Source: a virus (Duplodnaviria; Caudoviricetes). From it: a stretch of 63,015 nucleotides of DNA. The position numbers and the translations under genes were made by a program. Positions 35,275 through 47,900 of this stretch are shown piece by piece (positions within the stretch are counted from its first letter, which is position 1; each line of letters begins with the position of its first letter). The stretch covers positions 1 through 63,015 of the IMG/VR virus record IMGVR_UViG_3300009496_001865, one strand, 5' to 3'. The notes beneath the pieces were generated by a model that saw nothing but the letters and a program-made list of their open reading frames with translations, was not told the DNA's origin and searched no databases.

Positions 35275-36303
35275 TTATGAACCTGATATTGCTCCCATAC
35301 TATCTGTCGGCTTAGTAATAGTAAGTCCTGAACCACTTGCATCTGGTGTATGCGTTCTTGCATTTAATGTAAATGTTCCATCAATGTAGTCATTTCCAAA
35401 TCCGTCATCACCATTTCCTGGAACACCATCTGGACCTGTTCCTGAACCTTCTGCGTGAGGATCACTGCATTCCATTCTTAGTGTAACCACTGTTGGGTTA
35501 GTAGTTGAGTTTACTCTACCTAAAATTCTTATATAGTTACTTGCATAACTACCTGAACCAAACTTCTTCCAAAGTTCCTGGTTACTTGTAGTTAATTCGT
35601 AAAATCCTTTTCCTTGGCCTGCTCCTGAACTTGCTGATGCTGTAATGTGATCAATATACACATCGCCCATAGCACTTAGCAAATCTGTCCAGTTAGTGTT
35701 CTGTGTAGTAGATGAACCACCACTTCTTGAAGCACTAAATCCTAATCTTCCGCCTGCATTAAAAAATGCTCTACATTCGCTTTCTGAAGAGAAACTAAAT
35801 GCTGTTTCTTCTGTTAAACTTGAATACCATGTGCTAGTATAAGTTACTGATGCCTCTGTTGCACTTGTTCTACTTGCTGGTGAAAATCTATTATCCCAAC
35901 AATCTTTAATATTAAGCATAACATTTGACCATACAGTTGCTGAAATAACGCCGCCATCTGCAACATCACTTCCGACATCAGTCCTAACTGTTTGCCCTAA
36001 AAATGCACATAAAGCCTGCACATCATCTTGTAATCGTTTAAATCCGCCTGTGGCATTATCGGCGTAAACTAATCCGCCTGCACTTGCGGCATTAACACCA
36101 GCACCACCTTGATGATAGCCATATCTTGTGTTTGTTGCTGGTCCGCCTCCACTTGCTGTTAAAGTGATATCATTAGCATTACCCAGCATTAAATTTACGT
36201 TTGTGCGGCTATTATTGAAATCCGCGTCATCTATTACATCGGTTGCAACGACCTGCGTCATATTAGTTCCGCCGTCTATTGTTACTGAACTTCCTGATGC
36301 CAT
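35275..36303 (-). CDS. Virion structural/tail-fibre-associated protein
   Basis: Gly/Ser/Thr-rich, with a RAFFNAGG..FSASRSGG..QN..W..LL..MG pattern I recognise from jumbo-phage fibre-region proteins. AGGAG Shine-Dalgarno and upstream TAAATA. Confidence 0.6.
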   Translation of the reverse strand: MASGSSVTIDGGTNMTQVVATDVIDDADFNNSRTNVNLMLGNANDITLTASGGGPATNTRYGYHQGGAGVNAASAGGLVYADNATGGFKRLQDDVQALCAFLGQTVRTDVGSDVADGGVISATVWSNVMLNIKDCWDNRFSPASRTSATEASVTYTSTWYSSLTEETAFSFSSESECRAFFNAGGRLGFSASRSGGSSTTQNTNWTDLLSAMGDVYIDHITASASSGAGQGKGFYELTTSNQELWKKFGSGSYASNYIRILGRVNSTTNPTVVTLRMECSDPHAEGSGTGPDGVPGNGDDGFGNDYIDGTFTLNARTHTPDASGSGLTITKPTDSMGAISGS

Positions 36304-36331
36304 TTTTATCTCCTAAAACTTGTTATATTAC

Positions 36332-36345
36332 TATTTACCTATTTA
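36332..36345 (-). promoter_or_regulatory. Two tandem TAAATA late-type boxes
   Basis: Minus strand TTAAATAGGTAAATA upstream of the AGGAG Shine-Dalgarno of 35275-36303. Confidence 0.5.
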
Positions 36346-38273
36346 ACACCAATTACTGCTTCTACTATGCCAGACTCACCGTCTGTCTTATCTTCTAAGG
36401 ATCTTCCTATAATTGCTCTTGCGTCATAGTCATCTGACCCTATTCCCCAAGCAAATCCTTCCATATCTGCACTAACTAGTCTTTCGCCTTTTTTAACTTT
36501 GCCTATAACTTTAACTTGAACTCTTCCTGTTAAAGCAACTGGTAAACCTTCAGCGTCTTTATTCATTAAGTATGCTGGATTTTCTGATATAACTCCAAAT
36601 ACTTCGTTATCAAATGCTTCTGTTGTTTGTGTAATTTCTTCTGCACCGCCAATCTTTACAACTGTTCCTGGTGCATAATCTCTGTCTGCTTTATATATCT
36701 CAGCCAAGTCAGCATATTTTGCCGAACTAGCCACACCATCAAACAAGGTAGCAGTAATAGTTCCTGATGCTGTAATAGTTGACCCACTACTTAATGAGCC
36801 TGCACTTACTAATCCGCTGAATGAGCCTGTAGTAGCACCTGAAAGTGCTCCACTACCATTTAATGTTGCAGTTCCATCTGTTAGTGAACCACCACTAATT
36901 TGACCTGATGCAGTAATAGTAGTTACACCTGTCAATGCTCCACTGCTCATTGTAGCAGTTCCGTCACTAACTCCTGCACTACCTGTTAATAAAGTTGTAA
37001 ACGTCTTAGCACCTGCAATTGAAGCCTGCGTTCCTGTTGTTCTTACAACGTTGGTTGAACTAACTGCTGATGCAATTTCTGTATCCACATACGTCTTATT
37101 AGTAATATGTGTTCCTGCACTTGGCGTTGCACTAACTATTGCAGTTCCACTTAATGTTGCATTAGCGGCATACAAGTTTTCTACTGGTGCTACACTTGTT
37201 CCAAAGTTTTGTGTGCCTGCACCAAATGTTACGTTTCCACTTACATCTAAGTTTACAAAATAACCATCTTGGAATCTATTACTTGATGTTCCTATATCAA
37301 CTGCTGTTCCGTTTGCAAATATACCACTTCCTGTTGAGCCACCTGGGCCAACATTTAATGCATCTAAATATGCATAACTAAATCTTGTTCCTGTTAAACC
37401 TATTGTGTAAGCACCGTCAGTATCTGGAACAACATTTGTATTGTTTCTAAAAATATCTTTACCAGCAATTCTACCTGCCGCTGTAGCAACTGGTGCCGGA
37501 TCTGTTAAGTCAATAGCATAAGCAATATTTGCCAATGATGCTGTATCTGATCTTGCATTTGGGTTATTTGCGTATTCACTTCTTAGTGATATACCTGATT
37601 TAACTGTAGTTCCAATTCCAGTGGCTCCATTAAGTTCTGCATAATGAGGATCTGTTGAATCTACTGCAAATTCGGCATGATCACTGAACAAAGCCATAAT
37701 AGATGAGTTACCATCACCATAATCGTTATGTCCTGGATTATCACTACCGTTACTGTAATATTTTAAAGCAATTACTGGAACAATTTTTGCACCTGATGTT
37801 TTTAAAAATAGTGTATCTAATTTAGCACCATAGATACTTGAACTACCAGTCATTGCATTACCAGTGTAGATATCTGTTACTGTTCCACCTGGTATAACTG
37901 CTGACTTAAATGCCGAGTTGGCGTAAACTTTTAATTCGTCATCTTTTGTATCGAAATACATTGAACCTTCTGTGAGGTTTGTGCTGATTGCTGTGCTTTT
38001 AACTTCTACTGCACTTGTTCTTTCCCAATCAGAACCATTATAAACTCTTAGTGTGCTATCATTCTTATTGAACCAAACTTGCCCGGTAAGTGGTGTTGAA
38101 GGAGCAGTAGTATGAGCAAAGTTTTCTAAATGCTTGATTGTGTTTTCTGCAATGTATTCGCCGTAATTTGTAGTATTACGTCCTATTAATGTTAGACTAG
38201 AGGTAGTATTAATTGCTCCGTCGGCAACGGATGCAAATACCGAACCATCTGTCTTATTTACTGTATATGCCAC
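36339..38273 (-). CDS. Tail fibre with C-terminal peptidase-G2-like intramolecular chaperone
   Basis: N-terminal MAYTVNKTDG...LIGRN..YGE..AEN..LENFA..P..P..GQVW attachment region, NKTYVD fibre motif, Ser/Thr/Gly repeats, then ADLAEIY...GVISENPAYLMN...PVALTGRVQVKV. Confidence 0.8.
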   Translation of the reverse strand: MAYTVNKTDGSVFASVADGAINTTSSLTLIGRNTTNYGEYIAENTIKHLENFAHTTAPSTPLTGQVWFNKNDSTLRVYNGSDWERTSAVEVKSTAISTNLTEGSMYFDTKDDELKVYANSAFKSAVIPGGTVTDIYTGNAMTGSSSIYGAKLDTLFLKTSGAKIVPVIALKYYSNGSDNPGHNDYGDGNSSIMALFSDHAEFAVDSTDPHYAELNGATGIGTTVKSGISLRSEYANNPNARSDTASLANIAYAIDLTDPAPVATAAGRIAGKDIFRNNTNVVPDTDGAYTIGLTGTRFSYAYLDALNVGPGGSTGSGIFANGTAVDIGTSSNRFQDGYFVNLDVSGNVTFGAGTQNFGTSVAPVENLYAANATLSGTAIVSATPSAGTHITNKTYVDTEIASAVSSTNVVRTTGTQASIAGAKTFTTLLTGSAGVSDGTATMSSGALTGVTTITASGQISGGSLTDGTATLNGSGALSGATTGSFSGLVSAGSLSSGSTITASGTITATLFDGVASSAKYADLAEIYKADRDYAPGTVVKIGGAEEITQTTEAFDNEVFGVISENPAYLMNKDAEGLPVALTGRVQVKVIGKVKKGERLVSADMEGFAWGIGSDDYDARAIIGRSLEDKTDGESGIVEAVIGVK

Positions 38274-38284
38274 TTGTTATCTCC

Positions 38285-38896
38285 TTAACTTAATTGTATT
38301 CTTACCGTATATACAATTTCTATAATTCTGTTTTGACTCTTTTGCACTGGGTGGAAAATAACGTGTGTCAACATTGTTGCGTCGTTAATATCTGTTGCAT
38401 TTGTGAATAAACCTAATTCATCAAAAACATAATCTCCTTCATTGTCCGTGCTAGTGTCGAATAACTCTTGTCCGCTTGGTTCTGCGTATCCAAGAGTTGA
38501 TGTAATTTTTAAATCGCTGTAAGATGCACCTTGTATAACTTCTATCTTATTACTGTCATCTTGTGTTGTAAAACTTTTTTGATGCGTTCTATTATAAAGT
38601 GATCCTGATGCATCATATGACTCACTTACTCTAGGATTTTTATATATAACTTTTCCTGAAGTATCAACAGTAGTTCCACCACTGCCATATGCAATAAAGT
38701 TTATGTATTCGTTATCTGCATTACTTAAAGCAAGAGCAACTACTCTGGCCATATTACCATAGTGGATAGCATTCCTTTTATTAACAAGTTCCTCACCGGA
38801 TTCTTTATCTCTAATTAGGATATGTCCGCTGACGTTTAAACCAGCCTCATCGACTATTTCATCATTGTCTTTTTTCATATCTTTCTCTTCTTGCAT
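38285..38896 (-). CDS. Virion structural (baseplate/fibre-attachment) protein
   Basis: GHILIRD...LVNKRNAIH, FDELGL, LTHVIFHPVQKS.NR.IEIVYTVRI. Lies between the giant wedge protein and the fibre, with TAAATA at 38905-38910. Start at 38896 or 38878. Confidence 0.65.
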   Translation of the reverse strand: MQEEKDMKKDNDEIVDEAGLNVSGHILIRDKESGEELVNKRNAIHYGNMARVVALALSNADNEYINFIAYGSGGTTVDTSGKVIYKNPRVSESYDASGSLYNRTHQKSFTTQDDSNKIEVIQGASYSDLKITSTLGYAEPSGQELFDTSTDNEGDYVFDELGLFTNATDINDATMLTHVIFHPVQKSQNRIIEIVYTVRIQLS

Positions 38897-38943
38897 ATTG
38901 TAACTATTTATCACTTTTCATTATAAGATGTTTTAAACTTCGT

Positions 38944-41900
38944 TTAAATACCATCCCATGGGTCAGCATCAAAGCCTCTTACATCAAATCCTGTTGCTGA
39001 TGCAGAATCACCATGTAAAAATGCCGCGATAGTAACAGTTGTTGACCTATTTGTAATATCTGTAAGTCCTTGTGTAGAGCCATCTTCTTTTAACCAAACC
39101 TGAGTTCTTGGATCTCTATCACCATATCCTGATGTTCCTGGGTCATCAAATATTTGTGTTTTAGCCCCTGATACTACAGCAACACCTTGATTATGTGTTT
39201 GTATGGTTGTTCCTCTTGTTCCTCTTGTTAAAGATTTAATAGTATTGCCTACAACTAATCTATATTCAACTCTTTCTGTGCCGTCTATCCAAACAATTCC
39301 AGGTTTGCCTGGTGCTGGTTTAGGCAGTTTAGTTGCATCTGCAACATGTATTTCATCATCAAATATATTAAATTTCTGAGTAGTTGTTGATGATGTGGAG
39401 CCGTCTCTTAAAACTCTTAAATATTCTTCTCCACCAAACATATCATGATGCACAATATATTCAACTTCTGTAGTTTGTGGTCCTTTCTGGAATGTAACAT
39501 CACCCGCGGCACTAACATCACTTGCTGTAAGTCCGGGTATATTAACAGTGAATGATGTTGACGCAACATTAGAAACTGTAAATGAATTTCCTGTTATGTT
39601 TGCACTACTACTAGAAAGCGAAATAACATCTGCGTTTGACAGTAAATTTATTCCAACATCATTATTAATTGTTAATGTATCTCCTACTCTACTTATATTT
39701 GAAGTAGTATATGGGCCAACTGATATCGCACTAACAATTTGATTATTAGTATCGTAGGCATATGGTGATGTAGTAATATCAAATACTAAGTTTTCTAATG
39801 GTGATAATAATGCAAGTTCTTCTGGTCTTTCTTCACCGTATAATACTCTCTGGAATGTTACGCCGTCAAATCCTTCTACAGTCTCATTATTTTTTCTGTA
39901 AGTAATGTTACCTGTGAATGTTCCTATATAATTGTTTACTTCGATACTGCTATCAAAAGAACCACCTATACTATTAACATCATCCCAGCCTGCTGAATCC
40001 CAACCAAAGGCTTGTTCATACATGTCCTTACCAAAACTACTTCCTGAGTTCTTTGTAAATACATTTGCATCTATTTCTTCACCTCTAAAACCACCACCTA
40101 CTTTTGTTTTAACTAGTCCTAATGTTTTAACTAATGCTCCACTATTGACTGCCGCAAACATATTTGTAGCATCTTGTGTGTAACTTACATTTGAACTTGC
40201 ACCTGCACCGTAATAAGTATCAATATCTTTTACAAATTGTGTTCTAACTTCTTGATCATATTTAAATATTCTTGCTGATGATGTAAAGTTTGCGTTTGCT
40301 TGAACATCTGTATTTGATGTTAGGTTAAGTAATACTATATTATCTGCTATTAGTTTATTGTAACTACTTGCTGATATATTGCTATTGGCGCCTAGCAATC
40401 TCCAATCAACTCTGTCAAATACTAATTTAACTTTTCCTGATCTAACAATAGTATTAGCCTGTGCATAATTATTATACCAATTTTTATAATCAGTATCTGT
40501 AGACATTATTGTTTGATCGTCACTATTACCAGGATCAAGTATTCTAACTTTACCTACTATTGGATCTGGATATGGCGGTTTATCATAGTCACTAATCATT
40601 TGACCAGTGATGTATTCTATTGGAGTTTTCTTACCATCTTTGTATTCTCTAATTTTTGCAGTATAAGCCTTTGCTTCTTCCATGTATTCTAATACAGGAT
40701 TAAAGTTATCCGGACTAAAGTCTATTCTTGTATTTAAATCTTGCTCTTCTTTTTCTATAAACAAGTAACTTGTTTTAAATGCCCAATCTATTTGTTTTTG
40801 TTCGCCATAAACATATTTTAACATTTCAAAGAAGAATTTGTTCCAATACTCTGTTCCTGCAAATACTTTATCTCTTAATATTACAAGGAATGCTCTTAAT
40901 TCTGCTTGTAATTTTGCATTGTTAGTATCTGAATAAATTTCTTTTTTAATTCTTACAGTTTCATTTTCTATTGCAATTTTTGTAAATTTAAGAGACTTAG
41001 CATTCCATCTCCAAAGATGGAATCTATCTGTTGCTGAACCTCTTACCATTATAACCGCACCGTCTGGTAATCCGCTTTGTTTTAATGATTCTAATTCTTT
41101 TTCACTTTGAACATTCATTATTGCTTTTTCTTGAGAAGTATATCTAATTTTTTTATTATTAGAATTATCTACTCTTTCAATTGCATACCAATTTGCATCT
41201 ATAATGTAATCTCTAGTTGGCATTGAGGCCGCCCAATTAGGATTTAGAGATTTAAGTTTTTCATCTGCAAGTATTTCATTTAATACTTCTCTCATTAACC
41301 TTCTTGCTTCTTTAGGATTTTTAAATAAAGTTTGTCTTGGTCTAAACTTAACACCATATTTTTCTGCTTCGCTAAGTTTACTATTAGGAACTTCATCGCC
41401 TACTGAATTCACTTCACATAAACTGTCTATAAGTTTGTTACTAATATCTGCAGGAACTGTGCTGTTGTTATCACCTTCCCGTAATAGTTTCCAAGAGTTA
41501 TGTTTTAATCCTAAAGGATTAAGATTTCTACTTATATTAATTTGTAGTATGTCGTCTTCTTCTCTTAAAGAACTTCCTAAGTTACCTGCAACAACTGATG
41601 TGTTACTTACAAATGATAATGTATGTAGTCCTTGCCCGATTGGGTCTGCTAAGTATCTAGCAAGTTCTACTGTTGAGAACTTCCTATTATTTTTAATTCC
41701 TGCATACCCTGTAATTTCTTCTTTGTTTTGTATCCAGTAATAATAATATGTTTTAAAATCGCCTGAACGAGAATCGTATTTTACATCTGTAAGATAATGC
41801 GAACCATTCCTAGGAGTTCCTGTTCCTGTATACTCTATTGGTAATTGCTCTGTCTCACACCATTCGTAAAGTGTAATACCACTGCCTGGCATTGCTTTAC

Positions 41901-44900
41901 CCCAATCCAACCATCGTTGTCTGTTTGATCCTTGCTCATACCACTTGTATCTTATAGTTGATGTATCCCACCAAACTTCGCCTACGTTGTCTTTTCCAAA
42001 ACTTGATCTTGCATTATTATATGCCACAGGGTCATTTTCACTTACATAATCTATTTCTGTTTCTATAAATGCTGGAATAACTCCTTTAAAAGGATCCCAC
42101 ATATGATAATCAAATTCTTTTGCACCAGTATCGTCATCATACAATAATGCATTCTTAACAAATTTAGAATCCACTAATTGTTCTTGTTCTCTTATTAATG
42201 TTCCGTTCTCGTAATATGACCATTTGCCATTTACATCATCAATCCATACATTTGCAAATTCATTTTTATTTGTTGTGCTAATGCCGGCAAACTCTACTGC
42301 CGCATTTGCAATATCTGTTTCTTTATTATATCTTAAACTTTCTAATACAGCAACTCTTGAACTTTGACTAATACCTCTATTAAGTCTTACTGGGCCACCG
42401 GTTTGTGCAGAACGTAATTCGTATTGATACAAGTCACCTGTAAATGTAACTATTGCATTACCAAACAAACTACTTGGGTCTGCTGTTAATGTGTCAACAC
42501 ATATAATAGATAGTTCTTCTTCTACTTCTGTTTGATCTAATTTATATCCATCATCGTCTACATAGTCTGATGCTGATCCTTTAACAGGATTCTTTTCATT
42601 TACTGATGTCTCATCAGTCATATACATACATAATAAATCGTTGTTATAATCACCTCCAGGAAGACCTAAATTTTCTAGCATACCTGGTGTAACTTCATCA
42701 AATGCAATACCGTCAAATATTGGTGATTCTATTCCTAAGAATCCAATACCGCCACTACCTGGACTATAAGTAACAACTAAATCTTTGGGATCGTAGCCAC
42801 TGCCTATTAATCCTTCGTTTATGTCATTTGCTAAACTGAAAGGAATGTCTGTATCAGTAATTGCATCAGGTAAACCTAAGGCACTTTTTGCATCTCCTCT
42901 TTCAGAACAGTCTGGTATTTCTCTAGATGTTAAAAATACTCTTGCACCAGTTCCGCCGCCAAACTGACCTCTAATTGGATCATACCCGCCTGGGGATTCT
43001 AATTTTGCATTTTGTCTTAATGGATCATATTGTCCTAATCCTGAACCTGCGCCAGTGCCATCGTCTTCGTCGCCAAAGTTTATGTTATCATATTCTAAAG
43101 GAATACCATTTGTTAAATCACTTGGGAATATTTTATATACACCTCTGTCTATAATTCTAATACTAATAATTTCGCCTACTGGTCTACCTTCATTTAAATG
43201 TAATAATGAGTCTGCTGTTACAACACTAACAACTTCAAATTTAGCAACCCTTTCTGGGAAGCCTTTGCCGCCGCCTATTTTTGCTGTTAATGTGGCTGGT
43301 GTTGCCGTTGAACTAGGATCTAAATCTATAACTCTAACTTTAGGTGGGTTCTCCATTGAGTAACCACTACCTCTATTTGATAGGTTAACTGAAGTTATTT
43401 GTCCGTCTTGGTTTAAGTTTACTCCACTAACTATAGCACCTGATCCTGGAGTTGTTCCGTCTCCAATATAAATTTTAACATTTGCCGCAGAACTATAGCC
43501 TAAACCTGGTATGCTTACACAAACTTCTGTAATACCACCATGTGGACTAGGAACTGGAGTTCCGCCAACTGCTCTTAACCTGTCACCTACTGAATACCCA
43601 TCTCCGCCTGATTGTTGCGTCTTACTAACATTAAAGTAAGTAGCACCCTGTGTAGATGATGTGCTACCTGAGAACGAAGCAGTAGTGCCATCTTCTAAAT
43701 ATCTTGTATAGTTTGCAGTAATACTACTAACGGTTGAACTTGTTGGTATTCCGTTAGCATTATATGTAGTTTCTGTAACTCCGCTTGTTGGAGGAATTAT
43801 AACCGCATCATTAGTTCTAGTTTCACCTGAAGAAAAACTTCTAACAACATGGAAGTCCAATACTTCTTTGTATGCTCCGCCTCTACATCCATCTCTGAAT
43901 GTAAGTGGTGCGTTTGTGCAACTTGTAATTCTTACTGCTGGTTGTTTATCCTTTGCACTCTTACTTGCCTTATAACCATTGCCTGATTGACATAGTATTG
44001 CATTCATTGTTGCATCTACTCCGCCACCTGGTATAACAATTCTTGTTCCATTAATAATTAATTCATCACCTGGTGTAAGGCCTCCCATATCATTCATAGG
44101 AATACATGCTTGTGGTGTAGGATATTTTATAGGTGCATAAATTGGTTTAGATGCTCTAAATATTCCATCTACCTTTTTCTTAGGTATTAGTTTTAATACA
44201 GGATTAGTATTAAAGTCTGCATCTCTATCATTAAATGCTCTTCCATCGACTTCTACAGGTGGTGCTGATTGATTTAGACCATCTGCTATTCCTGTTCCTG
44301 GAATATAACCAGGCATACCTGGATACTGAACTAGGCTTACAATATTACCTGAGCCTATTCCTGACATACTATCCATCTTGTTTATGTCATATTTACTTGT
44401 AAATCTCTGCGTTGTAGGGTTCCACATCAAGTCTAAGTTGCCTGATAGACTAGCATAACGTGAATAACTTCTTCCTCTAATAGGCCTTGGTGCTATCTGT
44501 ATTGGTGCTGGAACCGGAGCACTCAGAGGTATAACTATACCACCTGATACTCTTTGATAACTTGTATTAACATATTTGTCTGCACCTAATGGTGTGTTAT
44601 CTGGAGTAGAAGGTTGCCAAGTTTGTTTAACTTTTTTCCTGTAAACACTTGGTAAGTAATTAAATCCGCTTCCTGACGAGTTACCAAATCCTCCAAAGTT
44701 ATGCTGGAATGCATATTTATGATGTTGATAACGGCCGCCACCGCCTCCTATTTGTTTCTTAGTTTGTGGTGCACCTGCTGGTTGAACAAATGGACTTTGA
44801 TATCCTGTTCCGCCTGGGGCACCTGGGTTACCAGAACCATAATTTGTTTGTCCGTTGTTTGCTGGTAAGTTTGCTCCACCTGGTGTTACACCGCTTGTAG

Positions 44901-47900
44901 ATGCTAAACCTTTATCAGTATCACTTGGATACTCAATATAATATCTATAAACACTACTGTTTTTATCTACATCTAATCTTACATATTCTCCCATTGTAGG
45001 GTCAAAGTCAAATTCTAAAACACCACAATACTTAACTCTACCTGAACCACCATCTTGGAAATCTGTTAAACTGCCTACTGAACCTGATCTTGCAACTGGC
45101 TGGCCATATGGACTACCTGCTGAACCTGCCTGATAAATGCTACCAGCATTTGCAGAAGCATAAGCACCTGCACGTGAACTGTATGAATTATATCCGCCTT
45201 GGTTTGTGCCTGTTTGCCCTATTGACGTGCTTAGTGCAGGACCTAGTAATTCTTGTTTCTCTACATTTGTTGCCTTTCTTATAGATGAGAACGAAGCAGT
45301 TGTTGATAACAATCTGCCGCCTGAGGTTGCCTTTGTTGTTGTTTGGAAAAATTCAAATTTATCTGCCGCACTATACATATCAAATACAACTTTAACTCTA
45401 CCTTTACATTTAAGTCTGTAATGCCATGTATCGTTTACTTTCCATGTTGACGTTGACTGCTGATTCTTTTCTCTTGCTACAAACGAACATGGTATTGGAT
45501 TTGAAACAACAACATTTCCGTTTCCTGGTGTTGTAGGAACACTTGTATTGCCGGGTGGAACCGATACATTTGAATTTGATGTTGGCGGATCCGGTGCTAC
45601 ATATACTGGAGGTAGGTCTGTTCCACACGGTGTTTTAGCAGTATGTGTAACTGCCGCCGATGGAATAATTACAACTGCACCTGTATTAGTTACTGTGCCT
45701 TGTGCTACTGTGCTTGTTGCCGGTGGTGCTGATGTTCCTTGACTTCCTGCAGGACCACTTCCTGTTGGCGTAACCAAATTTGGAACTTTAATAATTGTAT
45801 TAATGTTAGGACCTTGAGTTGCTACTCCGCCTAAATTAATTAAGAAATTTTCAGGTATAAAATGCTTTTGTCCGTTAATATCTACTTCTCTTGAACCAGG
45901 TCCGCCAAATGTTAATCCTGAGAATGAGCTCTGTATTCCTTTTAAGAAATATCCCGGATGTATAGCAACCTTTGAACCATTTGAAATACCTGTTTTCCAA
46001 GTGCTTGTTTGATTGTCTACTTTGCGTTTACTATTAATTGCTGATGCATTAACTTGTTTAACAAATTGTGATCTTGTTCTAATCCAATTTTGTTTTAATT
46101 TATTTGCTTTATTGCCTTGCTGTTTACTAAAGTAATTTCCTATGCCACCAATGTATGCTTTACCATACTGGCCAAAGTCTACTAATGCATCATCGCCTTT
46201 AAGTGCATCAGCATAGTTTACAATATTAAGTTCGTTACTTCCAATATATGCTTTAGGTGGTCCTATAAGATTAGGTATAGTTGTTACACCTTGTCCCGGT
46301 GCTCCGCCCATTATTGATGTAAGAGGAGGAATAACAACTCCTGCTGTTATTGGACTTGTATTTTTCCAACCAGTTGTTAATGCTGTTCCAACGTTATATG
46401 GTATTTTTCCAATTACCGGAGGAACTTTTATATGGTTACGAATCTTGCCTACATCTTTAGGCTTAGTTGTGGCTAAGCCTAATACTGGACTACCTGCCAT
46501 TAATCCATGTTGTATATTGGTTAAATATGGCATCTTACCAATTACTTGTTTAGGATTAATATTTAAGCCTGGCAATGCCAAGTTATTAAGCATTGGTATA
46601 GATAATGAAAAACTTCCTTCATGGACCATAAATCCACGTTTAACTTCTTGTTGGAAGTTAAAGTCTTGCACCATTGCATCTATACTGTTTGTATTATTAA
46701 ATTTAATTTCACTATTGTTTAAATGTATAACATCATGATCTAGTGTAGTTATAGTTGGAAGATTAGATGCGTCTTGACTTATATTTTGATGATCATATGG
46801 AAAAACACCACTTGTAATAATTGTGTTAGCATCTGGAATTGATTTTACTTTATAAACAACATTATAGTATCTAGGGTCTATATTATGAACTGCAATTTTC
46901 TTACCGGCGTATCCGGCATTAATACCATGTGCTGGTGCTGTTATTTTAACTTCTGATAGTAATACATTTCCTGTGTTAGTAGATGAATTTGTAATATATT
47001 TCCTGTCGATTACAAAACTGTTATTATTTACTGCTTCTGTTGTAAAGTAACCGCTATACTCTTTTGCATTGATTTTTACAACTTCATTAGAACCAATATC
47101 AATATTACTACTACATGTTATTCTTGTTTTACCAAAGTAAGTATATGACAAACTTGCTGATGTATTTTCTATATTAGAAAGTGCTGTATTAGCCGCCATG
47201 TCATTAACTGCTTGGACACTAACACCAGTTTGATCTGTTTCTTTAATTTTAAACGAATCTGCGGTAACTTCACTAACAATAAATGCGTTTGCATGTAATG
47301 AACAGTTTGCATTACCTTCTGCATGTCCAAATGATACAGTTTCGCCATCTTCTAATGTAAATGGTATTGTGTTAATTAATATAACGTTAGCACCAGGCAC
47401 TTGTGATGTCAATGCTTCTGCTGATGCAAATCCACTGGCCGCTGGTGTTATACTTGAAATTGGCAATACTGCTGTTGGATTTGGACCAATAGCACTAATT
47501 GTTTTTTCTGTCATAACAGGCGGATATAAGTTTTTTAATCTAGCCTGTTTATTTTCTATTAATTCTTCGTTTGTCCAAACAACAAATTTATCACTGAGTT
47601 CAGCGTCTTTTATAATTAAATGATAATCTAAGTAACGTCCTGTATCTGAACCTTGAATAAAGTTAGTATCTATGTAATTAAATAAACTATCGCCATTTTT
47701 ATATAGATATGATGTAGCATCTCCTTGATCTTGTTCTACAAAACTCACTGTGGTATTAGCAACTTCTCTAACCTTATAAACATTAAAATCGTTATTTTCT
47801 GCTACACCAACATGTATAGTTTCATTAATGTCAGGCTGGAAACGTTGGTTCTCACCAAACAGTCCAGCAATATCTGTTATGCCAAATGTTTGATAATCTA

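Noticed and set aside
38932-38948. Hairpin TTTAAAC-TTC-GTTTAAA at the end of the giant gene
   Set aside because: Almost pure AT stem with no T-tract on the coding strand; too weak to call a terminator.
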